From the NCBI GenBank assembly GCA_041641295.1, contig JBEPYO010000001.1, forward strand, positions 1,472,001 to 1,536,000: DNA of 64,000 bases, written 5' to 3'. Source of the stretch: Nitrososphaerota archaeon (GTDB lineage Archaea; Thermoproteota; Nitrososphaeria_A; Caldarchaeales; Calditenuaceae). Both the position numbers and the translations under genes were made by a program. Below, one piece after another: positions 38,681 to 48,663 of the stretch (within the stretch, counting starts at the first letter, position 1; the number at the start of each line of letters is the position of its first letter). The notes under the pieces are model-generated. The model was not told the origin of the DNA and did not search any database. It worked only from the letters and a program-made list of their open reading frames with translations.

Positions 38681-41600
38681 CTAAGTCGTTAATAAGTTAT
38701 TGATTGATTTTTCGATACTATCAAACCAGTATTCCTTACGAAACCTTTCAGGGAGCTTATATACATCGTCTGTGTAAAGATTTAAGTGAACTCTAATATT
38801 AAATCCGTACTCCTGAAACGTCTTAATAGAACCATCCTCATTTCTGAAAATTTTCTCATAACCATCAATTTTATAGCCGAATTCCGTGTGGGATGTTCCT
38901 TTCGGGTCTATGAAGAGTATGTAATAGTCCTCGCCTTTGCATAACCAAAATATGAAGTCTGGCTTAAATTTGCGAAGTGAATTCTGAGAACTGTCGTAAT
39001 ATGGGATATATATCTCATCTAAGTATCCATCTATTTTGCTGAACATCCACCAATCAAATTCTTTTAATAAGTTACTCTCTTTCTTTGAGTAATCAATCAA
39101 ATCTTTAATGAATTTGTGTTCGCTAGGTGTATTAATTATATGGGTTATCCACTCTATCTTTTCCTCTGTCGACAGAAGGGGTAGATAATAGTGTTCGGCT
39201 ATGTAGTATATTCCCAATTTTTTCCCGTCTATAGTAAGAATTTCTTGTTCTGCGTATTTTTTCTCTAATTCATATTTCCTTCTATCATACTCTGTTTGAC
39301 TTATTTTACCATAAAGATTACTCAGCTCCTGTTCTACCACTTTCTTTTCTGGATATTTCCTCACTTTTTCCAATTTTTCTTTAAGTGCATTAAGTCTCAC
39401 CTCATCCAAATACACTCCAATCCTCTTGAAATGAACTATTTCTTCCTCAAGTATTTTAAATCTTTCCAAATCCTCTACACTGACGTTAATATGAGATATC
39501 AGACGAGTAAGGAGTACTGAGGGGGGCAACAACTCACTATTCTCGACGAAATTAAATTTCTCATCATTCCAAATAAATTCTTTAAATCTTATGAGATCAT
39601 CAAAATTTAGACCAGGTTCTGAAAAGTGAAGCATAAGTAAAACTCTGTCATCACCGATCATTTCGATGTATCTTCTAAGCTGCATTAATGATTCTCTATT
39701 TACACTGAATTTTGGGATTTTTTCTGTTGGTACTTTCCTTCTCCCACTGTAATATGGGATCAGCAAGATTACTTCTCCTGTTTTCGGGTTTTTATCCAAC
39801 GAGATTATTTCTCCCAGTCTCATTTTTTCCTCTTTTACTGATGTCATTATTTCTTGGATAATGTTCTTTTTCGTAGCGAAAATAAAAAGAGTTTCCAGAG
39901 GGATAAAGGTTTCTGGGCTGACATTATTGACCAACTCTTTAGCCTCTGGGTCCATCGAAATGCGTAAATAGTTTATCCTCTTTCTCTTGTTTTTCATAGG
40001 CTCTATTCGCGCGCCTCTTCCTATTGATTGTGTGATGAATTTTTTAGCGTCAGTCCCGACTCCTATGTTAATAAAAGTGATTACATTAGGTCTATTCGAG
40101 TCCCACCCTTCATAGAAAGCTCTAGACCCCATCAATATGTTTATGTCGGAGTCGTCTTTGTTTATACTTCTGAAGAAGCTCTCATTTTCCCATCTTTCTA
40201 TTATCTCATATCCTGAGAGAGTCGTTTTTAGCCAATTAGTTATGTCTCCTATTTTGACACTCGCAAAAGGTCTGTCGGATGTTTTTAACTTAAATGCTAA
40301 TTCCTGCCGATTTGATGGCAGTACCAAAACTTCTATGTTTCCGGGAGTTTGTGCGTTGAAAACTTCATATAAAACATCAGTATATGAAATTGTTTTTAAT
40401 TTCTCGGTATTAACTAATAGTCTTTCTGATCCATACACGTAGGGATTCTGTTTTTCAAACTCTTGGATAAGCTCTTCTTTTGCTTTCTCAAATGTCTCAT
40501 ATTTTATCTTTCCCTCAGCTATTTTTTCAAGTTCTTTGAAGAACATTTCTAAGTCGGGCTCTTTACTTGGATCTTTATGGTTGACCGTATGTGTAAGTGT
40601 TAGCATCATTGGTATGTGATAAACATTCTTACCTGTTTTTGCTCTTATATCTTTGTATATTTTTTTAAGATATGTCAAGAGGATTAATGTTTTTAAGACG
40701 ATTTTCTGTTTCTCAGTGCTCGGGTAATCTTCCTTATCTCTGAATGCTTCAAATTCTTGTTCTGATATGTATATATTCTTTCCATAACCCTTTCCTACAT
40801 ATTGCGCAAGGTTAATGTTATATACAGTCGTGTATATGTCTATCTCGTCTGTAAACGTCGCTGAAAAGTTGAAAAGGAAGCCGTTTCTCGACATAATCGA
40901 GTAGAATGCTTGTCTCTTAGATTCTTCTTTGCCGCCTTTATGTGCTTCATCAAGTAAGATATACCATCTTCCAATATTCTCATAATTTCTAAAGTCTATA
41001 TATTTCTCTGTCTCTTCGTCCCATATTAAATCTGACCTGTAGATGAAGACATCTATGGTATTCTCTCCCCTTGGCAAGATCCCACCGTACTTTACTTTAC
41101 TAAAATCTTTCAAGTTCCAAAGCCTGATCTTCAAGTTATTGTATTCATTGTATTCATCTATGTATTCCTTCATTTTCTCAACTAGATCTTCTCGACATGT
41201 CAAAACTAAGATATCGCAAGGAGGAATTTCTCTTCTTTTCATTAAATAATACAGAATCTCAATCAGTTTTACGATGACTAAGGTCTTTCCAGATCCAGTT
41301 GCCATCCAAAAGGACATTCTGTTGATGAGATTTCGATAAGATATTTGCTCTCCTTCGCTTTCAAAATATTCGGATAAGAGCTTGTAAATCGTTTTTTGTT
41401 TTGACTTTCTAATGGCTAAGTGGTGTGATTCTAGTCCTCGCCTTTCATATTCTGCGAAAAGTAATGTTTTTCTCTTTTCGTTAGTTTCTAAGGGCTCCCC
41501 CTCTTTATAGTCTTCCGCGCTTTGATAATAGAAGTAGAGAATCTTGATAGCGTTTTTTAATGCCTCCTCTTGGTAGTCGTAGAGATTCTTGGTCTTGGAG

Positions 41601-41719
41601 AATGAGGTGAAGTTGTTAAATGTTGACCATGAAGGTGGAAGAGAATTGAAATCAATACTATCAGCAATATTTTGGAGTATTACTTTGACTGGCGTGTATC
41701 CCGACATTCTCACCACCAT
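38681..41719 (-). CDS. res: Type III restriction-modification Res subunit (SF2 helicase + PD-(D/E)XK nuclease)
   Basis: YQEEAL, MATGSGKT, LDEAHK, FSAT, EGWD, QSIGRGAR, C-terminal PDF...IDPKG; overlaps mod stop. Confidence 0.9.
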   Translation of the reverse strand: MVVRMSGYTPVKVILQNIADSIDFNSLPPSWSTFNNFTSFSKTKNLYDYQEEALKNAIKILYFYYQSAEDYKEGEPLETNEKRKTLLFAEYERRGLESHHLAIRKSKQKTIYKLLSEYFESEGEQISYRNLINRMSFWMATGSGKTLVIVKLIEILYYLMKRREIPPCDILVLTCREDLVEKMKEYIDEYNEYNNLKIRLWNLKDFSKVKYGGILPRGENTIDVFIYRSDLIWDEETEKYIDFRNYENIGRWYILLDEAHKGGKEESKRQAFYSIMSRNGFLFNFSATFTDEIDIYTTVYNINLAQYVGKGYGKNIYISEQEFEAFRDKEDYPSTEKQKIVLKTLILLTYLKKIYKDIRAKTGKNVYHIPMMLTLTHTVNHKDPSKEPDLEMFFKELEKIAEGKIKYETFEKAKEELIQEFEKQNPYVYGSERLLVNTEKLKTISYTDVLYEVFNAQTPGNIEVLVLPSNRQELAFKLKTSDRPFASVKIGDITNWLKTTLSGYEIIERWENESFFRSINKDDSDINILMGSRAFYEGWDSNRPNVITFINIGVGTDAKKFITQSIGRGARIEPMKNKRKRINYLRISMDPEAKELVNNVSPETFIPLETLFIFATKKNIIQEIMTSVKEEKMRLGEIISLDKNPKTGEVILLIPYYSGRRKVPTEKIPKFSVNRESLMQLRRYIEMIGDDRVLLMLHFSEPGLNFDDLIRFKEFIWNDEKFNFVENSELLPPSVLLTRLISHINVSVEDLERFKILEEEIVHFKRIGVYLDEVRLNALKEKLEKVRKYPEKKVVEQELSNLYGKISQTEYDRRKYELEKKYAEQEILTIDGKKLGIYYIAEHYYLPLLSTEEKIEWITHIINTPSEHKFIKDLIDYSKKESNLLKEFDWWMFSKIDGYLDEIYIPYYDSSQNSLRKFKPDFIFWLCKGEDYYILFIDPKGTSHTEFGYKIDGYEKIFRNEDGSIKTFQEYGFNIRVHLNLYTDDVYKLPERFRKEYWFDSIEKSINNLLTT

Positions 41720-44206
41720 ATTAGGGGTTTAATCAATTTCCAGTCTAAATTCCCTAGGTCTATAACTTCCCCATCCTCAAACTCTACCTCTTTTCTTGTC
41801 AACCTTTTTATCCATTTCCCTTTTAGGTTTGATATGGTTTCAGCAATATCTATGTTTGGATAAAGTTTCGAGAGGTCAACTTTAACGGTTTTATTGTTGT
41901 AATCTATCTCTAATGCGCGTAGCATTTTTTCATCTTTTAGGAAAACATAGTGGGAATAAATTTCGCTAGAGGTCCAGTCAACGAAGGGGTGAGTATCCTT
42001 ATAGACTGCTCTATCTAGCGTTTGCTCATATTGCTCCAATTCATAATACTTAAAGAAACCGCTACCCTCCCAATTGATATTTCTACTTATTCCTGACTTC
42101 TCTCCTGCCAGAACCTTCTTCATACGCGGTAGGACGATTGTCCAGAAATGTTCACCCATTTCGACACCAATCCATTTTCTCCTTAACTTATGGGCAACTG
42201 CTGTCGCAGTACCAGAACCTAAAAAGAAGTCCATAACTAAATCACCTTCTTTAGATGTAGCCTCAAACACACGTTGAATAAGTTGCTCAGCATTTCTTGT
42301 TGGAAAGTCTGGGTCTTGTGAGTAACTTTGTATATTCGTCCAATTAGAATCAACCTTTTTAGGTGGATTTTTTATTTCGGGAACAAAATCATTTTCTCCA
42401 CACTTAGGACATTTGTCCCACAAACCTTCATAATGCTCATATCCGCAGATTTTGCATCTAAACCTTATGAGCTTTTTAGATATATATTTATCTATTAAAT
42501 CTTGTTTAATCCCCCAATGTCTTCCTAATGGAGGATATAACTTTATACCGAAAACCTCTCTCCAGTTCCTATCCTGATTCCTAACTCCTGGATAATGGAC
42601 AAAAGGTTGCCAATCAGTTTCTCTCTCTTCATATAATTCGTAAAACAAACACTGTTCCTTATTTTTGGCATAGAAAAATAGGCTCTCTGTAGCGTCAAGA
42701 AATTTGCGCTTTGCTTCTTTTTGAATTCCAGACGTCTTTATCACTATTTCATTTTGGAAATTTTCTTCCCCAAAAATTTCGTTCATTAAAAGTCTAACGT
42801 ACATGTTACCGTTATCATCGCATCTCACAAAAATGCTTCCTGTATCTTTTAAAATGTGCCTTGCTAGCTGCAATCTATTCTCAAGCATTGTTATCCATGT
42901 AGAATCCTTATATTTCACATGGTAGTAGTAGTCAGCGTCCTGCTCCTTATTAAATGGTGGATCTATGTAAATTGTCTGAACTTTTCCTCTGAATTTTGGT
43001 AAAATTGTATTTAATGCTTGCCAGTTTTCACTTTTAATCAACCAGCCATCTAAAACCTTATCAAGCTCGTTATTCTCAGAAATTTTTTCTATTAACTTCC
43101 ATTTAAATTCATGATCAAAGTATTTAGTATCTATGGGTAGTTTTTTTCCACTCCTTTCCTTGAAGGCTATTTGTTTCGATAAGGTCTGAAATACCCCTAA
43201 TCTCAACTCCCAACAACTCTCTCCATTCTCGTAGCTGCTCTTCATTAGCTAAAACTTTAGGAATAACGTAGTTTTCCAAAAAATCTTCTCCACACAGTTC
43301 CTTTATTCTATCTAGTGTTATTACATATTCGCTATTTAGGACAAATTTGGGTTTCTCCCATATTTTTCGCAGTTCATCTTCAAACTGGGAAATGAAATCT
43401 ATGATTTTAAACGCTATCGTCTTAAGCGCCTTCAACTCTTTCAATCTTTTCTCACTAAACTCGCTCTCTTCGTCCATTATGTAATGTCTAAGCCAAATCT
43501 CAAACTGCTCTTTTAAGAAAGCATTTGCATCTTTATTAATGAAGTAATCCACCTCGCTCTGTCTCTCAAATATTTTAAATGCCTTTTCAAGAACCTCTTC
43601 TGTGATTCTTCGGTCCTTTAATCTCCTTAAAATCTCTTCGATTTTGGTCTCCCTCCCTCTCTCAGAATAAATTACTTGGAAATGAATTGTCCCATCATCA
43701 CTTACGTCCTTCAATTCGTAGATTATTTTTCTCTTTTCATAAGCCTTTCTATGCTCCACCTCAGAAGCATCAAAGAAGAACTTAAAAGCATCGACTTCCA
43801 CACTCATACTCTTATAAATACGGTCAGTCTTAACATAGTAAAGGTCTCGAGTCTTCCAGAATAAAGCGACATCCTTATCTGTATAAACTCTAGCCCAAAC
43901 ATTCTCCTGGAGAGGTGTGAAGACAAAATGAATTGAGCCACTCTCACTAAAGTATCGCTTAAAGAAATTATAGAGTTTATCAAAAAGCTCTTCCCTGAAC
44001 TCAGGAAATTCTTCAAGGGTTTCCTCAACCACTTTTCTGAGAATTGACAAGAAAGACCTAAAATACGAAGATTTAATCCTCATCAAGTTTATGAAGCCAG
44101 ATTTCCCTTCTATGTTTGCACCGATAAAAATATTCTCCAAAATATTAAAGAACATTCTCTCTTTTTCACCCATCCCTCCAGAAGCGATCTCATCAACTTT
44201 ACTCAT
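41710..44206 (-). pseudogene. mod: Type III R-M Mod (N6-adenine methyltransferase), split by a frameshift at an A7 tract (43141-43147)
   Basis: ORFs 43124-44221 and 41710-43245 fuse to ...EWKKLPIDTKYF... if one A is removed; C-half has DPPF and FFLGSGTA in beta-class order. Confidence 0.85.
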
Positions 44207-44526
44207 TACCCACACCTCCAACTCTAATTCCGTTAAAATAGATTCCTAATTGCGCCACTCTTTCAGAAATACCTCGCTTTACATAATTTGGGAGAATTAT
44301 TACCTTAATTATAAGGCTCTTTATCAGCCTGCCTTTCCTTAATAACCTTGGCATACCATGTATTTGACCCTTCCCATTTGTCATGTTTATTACTAGTATG
44401 CGCCTTTTGGGTTATATATTTTTGCTTTGGCAGAGGGATTTAGTTGCGAGAGGATGGTTTGAATGGTTGAGTTGCATGAAATGTTGTTTGGAGCTACTGT
44501 TTTCGGTGGATTATTGACGGCTAAGA

Positions 44527-44760
44527 TTGGGCTATTTCAATATAGGCGCTCAATTACCTATAGAAAGGCTTGGTGGCTCAACTCTCTATCACGACTTCTA
44601 TGTGAAGCTCCACTTGATGAACATCAGAGAGCAAACGGGCTCTGAAGAGGTGACGAGCATGATTGAACGGATAATTCAGAAGGAAGTAAGAGGAGAAATG
44701 CTGACTGACGAAGAATATAGGCTTCTTACGGAATTTACAGACTATCTAAATTTCTTCTAG
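44527..44760 (+). CDS. Short hypothetical ORF or gene remnant
   Basis: Plausible helical C-terminus (IIQKEVRGEMLTDEEYRLL); weak TTG start; in-frame TGA at 44515. Confidence 0.3.
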   Translation: MGYFNIGAQLPIERLGGSTLYHDFYVKLHLMNIREQTGSEEVTSMIERIIQKEVRGEMLTDEEYRLLTEFTDYLNFF

Positions 44761-45140
44761 TTGATAAAATATTTGTATACGGTGCGTTGAAGATGAGGGA
44801 TATCCTTTCAAGGTTGGTGGCCGGCAAGGAGGCAAGGTATGTTGGGAGTGGTAGGGTCCGGGGGAAACTATATAATTTGGGTGAGTATCCTGGGGCCGTT
44901 GAGGACGATGTGGGCTTCGTATACGGTGACGTATATGAGATCTCAAACATGGATGAAGTTCTGCCGCGGTTAGATGAGTATGAAGGTTTTAATCGGGACA
45001 AGCGCGAAGAAAGTCTATTCATAAGGAAGGTTATAGAAGTATTCATGGATGACGGAAGCACCTTAAAGGCATCCGTCTACATATACAATGGTAGGGTTAG
45101 AGAAGAGGACCTGATACCAGATGGCGTTTGGAAAGTGTGA
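44760..45140 (+). CDS. Gamma-glutamylcyclotransferase (AIG2-like) family protein; start codon unclear
   Basis: IFVYGALK (upstream of TTG 44787), GKLYNLGEYPG, VYGDVY, LDEYEG, YIYN...I.DG.W. Confidence 0.8.
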   Translation, partial: VDKIFVYGALKMRDILSRLVAGKEARYVGSGRVRGKLYNLGEYPGAVEDDVGFVYGDVYEISNMDEVLPRLDEYEGFNRDKREESLFIRKVIEVFMDDGSTLKASVYIYNGRVREEDLIPDGVWKV

Positions 45141-45274
45141 AGGTTCAGTTTAATCCCCTATTCCTTATATGCAGCGTATCAATAGGTAGTGGAAGGAGAT
45201 GGGTAGATAACCGAGATACTAGTTTTTCATGCATCCGAAACGCTTTTAAGCCATAATCGCTTAGCTCATCTGAG

Positions 45275-46329
45275 ATGATAAAATCTGAGATAAAGAGCTC
45301 TTTGTTGGAATTTGCGAGGCGGCTGCTTGACTCGCCTCAGTTTAGAGAGGAAGTTGAAAAAGATAGGAGGGTCTTGAGAGAGTTTATTGAGCGTTTCCCC
45401 TTCAGGAAGAATCCCTCACTTATAGACGAGTTAACTCCTGAAAAGTTGTATAATCCGGGAAAATCGCGCGAGTGGTTCTTCTATTTCTTTGAATTCTATT
45501 TGAGACGCGTTGGAACTATAGCCATACATGGTGATAAACCGTGGCGCGAGGCGTGTAGTAAAATAGACATATTTAAACAACTGTTAAAACTAGTTGTTGA
45601 CGACTCTAAATCTATTCATGAAAGGATTGATGATGAGCGGTGGAGCCAGCTCAAAGGCTGGGGAGGTGACAAACATTGTGTCAAAAAAAGCTATTCGTCT
45701 ATTATCCAGAAAAACTGCTACCCACTTTTAAGACCGAACTGTTAGAAAACCAACTTAATGGCCTTGGGCTGAGAGATAAAGCCGAAATTGAGGCGCAGAG
45801 AAGATTTAATGAGAAACTTGAAAACCTCACGGTGGGCAAAAAATTCGAGATATATAATGAAATATTGATCGACTCTGTCCAGAGTGTATTGACGCGCGAC
45901 TATGAATGGGATACTTGTGCTATTGCGAGGCTTCTGGGCGAGTTCATTCCATCACCTAGGCCGATAATAAGTCGTAAGTCGGTTGAAAGCCCCTCACCTT
46001 TATCTAAAGTTCCCATGCTTTATGAGCCCGTCAATGAGCTCGGTGTAGTTCTCCTATTTGGCATGTATCACAGAGAGCTAGGATTTCCATACATAATTAA
46101 GGTTCAGCAGTCTTTTCCAGATATGATTGCCCTTGACGAAGAGGGTGACTATTGCCGAATAGAGTTTGAGTATAAATCATCATCCTTCATACAGCACGGA
46201 CACGACCCCGACGGTTGCGACTACATTGTCTGCTGGATAGACGACCTAGACGACCAATCACCCCTAAAAGAGAAGACAATATCCTTACGAGAGGAGATAT
46301 TTGAAGGTCAAGAAAACGAGCCAGAGTAA
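45275..46329 (+). pseudogene. Putative PD-(D/E)XK endonuclease with N-terminal helical recognition domain, split by a frameshift at an A7 tract (45683-45689)
   Basis: ORFs 45275-45745 and 45676-46329 fuse if one A is added; C-terminus YEPVNELGVV.LF...FPD...RIEFEYKS..F..HGHD...CD.IVCW. Confidence 0.72.
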
Positions 46330-46392
46330 TCATTCGTGGAATTATGAAGAGTAGGATGTCTGGATTGGTGGGTTCAAATTCCACCTCTGGCG
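46320..46392 (+). pseudogene. Degenerate tRNA / tRNA-like element
   Basis: GCCAGAG (46320-26) pairs 7/7 with CTCTGGC (46385-91); U8-A9; T arm GTGGG-TTCAAAT-TCCAC at canonical positions 49-65; G73; D and anticodon arms do not pair. Confidence 0.6.
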
Positions 46393-46534
46393 TGCAATTT
46401 AGAAATCCAAAAATATTATAGTCCTTTGACGAACTTCTACAAAAAAATATAGGTAAGACTTACACAGTTTGGCTTACTTTCATAGGTGAGGAAGAAATAG
46501 GGGCTGTGCAGCTTACTTGAACGAATTATTACCT

Positions 46535-47005
46535 TCAGCTTTTCCGGATAAATGTTCCCTCTAGTATATATTCCACGTTATCGTTGAGCGTAGCTACCAA
46601 TTTAATAAAAACTTCTTTGTCACTTATCCATTTGATATCGATATTTTCTCTGAACTTTTTTCCTTCACGCTCGCTCTCATGAATAAGTTGTATGTGATTC
46701 TCCTCTACTAACTCTGCTATGTGATCATGTGTGGTGCCAAGATTATCTACTGAGAACCAGTGAAGCTTTCCGTCGAAGGGATCGTATCCTATGATGTTCC
46801 CTCCATCAAGTCTCATAACGCCCGGAATTTCTGCATTTTCCTCCATGTAAAGACCATTACCGTCAGCTATTTTCCGGAAATTCATAAAATACTTAAAATT
46901 ATAAGATTTGTCACCCATCTGCATGTGTGCTTTAGCTTCCCATTTACCTTCAAGCGTAAGAACTTTGTTTAGGATTTCAGGCAATATATCCATTGTTTCC
47001 CCCAT
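46535..47005 (-). CDS. Beta-barrel protein, DUF1579-like
   Basis: LEGKW near N-terminus, GYDP...LHWFSVDNLG; likely start ATG 47005 or 46993 rather than 47128. Confidence 0.6.
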   Translation of the reverse strand: MGETMDILPEILNKVLTLEGKWEAKAHMQMGDKSYNFKYFMNFRKIADGNGLYMEENAEIPGVMRLDGGNIIGYDPFDGKLHWFSVDNLGTTHDHIAELVEENHIQLIHESEREGKKFRENIDIKWISDKEVFIKLVATLNDNVEYILEGTFIRKS

Positions 47006-47212
47006 TAGTTTACTCTGTGGAATATAAGTTTGTTCTAGGGACGCTGATGGTGAGGGGGAGCCAGCCCTCATGCTATATAAAATACTCGCATTATTTAAAT
47101 ATGGACTGAAATAATGGCATCGACGCAAATTCGCAGAGTTCTAAAGGAGGGTTTTTTGATATCTGTTGTGTAGCCCATAAACGATTATTTACCGCTGCTT
47201 CACACAGAAGAT

Positions 47213-47974
47213 ATGCATCGGTATTTACAGGTTTCGCGCGAGGGTTTAGTGACTTGGGTTGTCTTCAACAGGCCTGAGAAGCTTAATGCCTTAAACGGGG
47301 AGATGTGGAAAGAGCTTCATGAGGTCGTGTCGAGTTTAAGCTTGGACGGCTCAAGGGCTGTGGCGTTCACCGGTGTTGGGAGGGCTTTCTCAGCGGGTGA
47401 TGACGTATACGAAATGGCGTCTCTGGGGGACTTGGAGAGGTCTGTAGAGTTTTTTAGCAGGATTCAAAAGACATTGGAAGCCCTGCTGGAGTTGGAGAAG
47501 CCCGTCATAGCCGGTGTCAACGGCCTGGCTTACGGTGGTGGATGCGAGCTGTTGCTTTTGGCAGACGTGGTTGTTGCCTCCGAAGACGCCGTGTTTGCGC
47601 TGCCCGAGGCTAGGCTTGGGCTAATACCTCCCATAGCTCTCGCAGTAGGCGGGTATGTTCTCGGCTTGCGAAGAATCTCGAGGCTTGTCTTTACAGGTGA
47701 AGCCATAGATGCGCGTGAAGCCCTTTCGATAGGGCTGGTCGACTACGTGGTTCCCAAAGAGGCTGTGAGGGACAAGGTCGTCGAAGTAGCTGGAAAGATA
47801 TCCCTCAACGGGCCTGGGGCTGTAAAATTCATGCGGAGGTGGCTTGCTAGGAGTAGGTCTCAGAACATCCGAGAAGCCTTGAGAGAGCTCTCCTCTATGG
47901 CCGTGTCCGACGAGGCCGTTGAAGGTATGAGGGCGTTTGTGGAGAAAAGAAAGCCTTCATGGGCATTGCAATAA
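47213..47974 (+). CDS. Enoyl-CoA hydratase/isomerase family protein
   Basis: NRPEKLNAL, AFSAGDD, KPVIAGVNG.AYGGGCEL, F.LPEA.LG, EGMRAF.EKRKP. Confidence 0.93.
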   Translation: MHRYLQVSREGLVTWVVFNRPEKLNALNGEMWKELHEVVSSLSLDGSRAVAFTGVGRAFSAGDDVYEMASLGDLERSVEFFSRIQKTLEALLELEKPVIAGVNGLAYGGGCELLLLADVVVASEDAVFALPEARLGLIPPIALAVGGYVLGLRRISRLVFTGEAIDAREALSIGLVDYVVPKEAVRDKVVEVAGKISLNGPGAVKFMRRWLARSRSQNIREALRELSSMAVSDEAVEGMRAFVEKRKPSWALQ

Positions 47975-48196
47975 TAAGCATGCCTGTTATGATGGTTGAG
48001 TTGTCGATTATTGCGAATTTGTGGAGTAATAAGTATTAGTTTTTGTCAAGCTTCATATCGACGCTGGCCTCCCATGTGCCTTTGATACTCTGATTGCATA
48101 ACCTAATGATAACCTTGAAGATTTTAGAAACTTATTGCTATCGTCTCAGTAATAGAATAGGTAAATGTGTTTGAAAAATGTTTTCAAATATAGGGG

Positions 48197-48550
48197 TTAT
48201 CTCTTCACGGGGCTGCCTATCTCTATTACATTGCCTTCAGGGTCGGTGCAGTGTGCTGTACGCCAACCGTAGGGCTGGTCTACAGGTTTGTCTGTGAACT
48301 TTACACCTTTTGCTTTCAACTGCTCATACTCTCTGTCTATATCATCGACGCTGAAGAACAGCTCGAAGCGATGATGCGGCTTTGCACCGCCTTCCCTAGC
48401 GGGATGCAACGCTAGAGTTGTACCTCCTGTCTCAAAAGAGCACCAGTCAAGGCCGTGATCCTCCTTGACCGGTAATCCAAGCTTATCTCGATAGAACTCT
48501 CGAGACTTGGCCATATCTTCTACCATGAGTGTTATATAGTCGAGCTTCAT
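48197..48550 (-). CDS. VOC/glyoxalase family protein (single domain)
   Basis: ITLMVEDM.KS.EFYRDKLGL, F.VDDID, P.DQPYG.R....DPEGN.IEI; GGAGGTG RBS favours ATG 48550. Confidence 0.88.
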   Translation of the reverse strand: MKLDYITLMVEDMAKSREFYRDKLGLPVKEDHGLDWCSFETGGTTLALHPAREGGAKPHHRFELFFSVDDIDREYEQLKAKGVKFTDKPVDQPYGWRTAHCTDPEGNVIEIGSPVKR

Positions 48551-48663
48551 GAACAACAAACACCTCCTCGCTACTGACTACCGGCTGTTTATAAGAGTTA
48601 TGTCACAACAACCAGCGATTGCATGTCGCCATTATTTTATACAGCTTCACACACATTGTCGCG

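Larger units (their letters stand above)
37330..47200. mobile_element. AT-rich accessory/defence island (boundaries approximate; no integrase in window)
   Basis: Visible drop in GC and change in codon usage versus flanks; Type III R-M, nuclease, gene debris, tRNA-like remnant. Confidence 0.6.

Noticed and set aside
44398-44760. In-frame TGA at 44515 as possible selenocysteine/readthrough
   Set aside because: Upstream peptide is not protein-like, with no redox motif or recognisable SECIS; more likely island debris
48170-48188. Inverted repeat TTTGAAAA-atg-TTTTCAAA
   Set aside because: Low-complexity A/T arms directly after a stop codon; adequately explained as a terminator region
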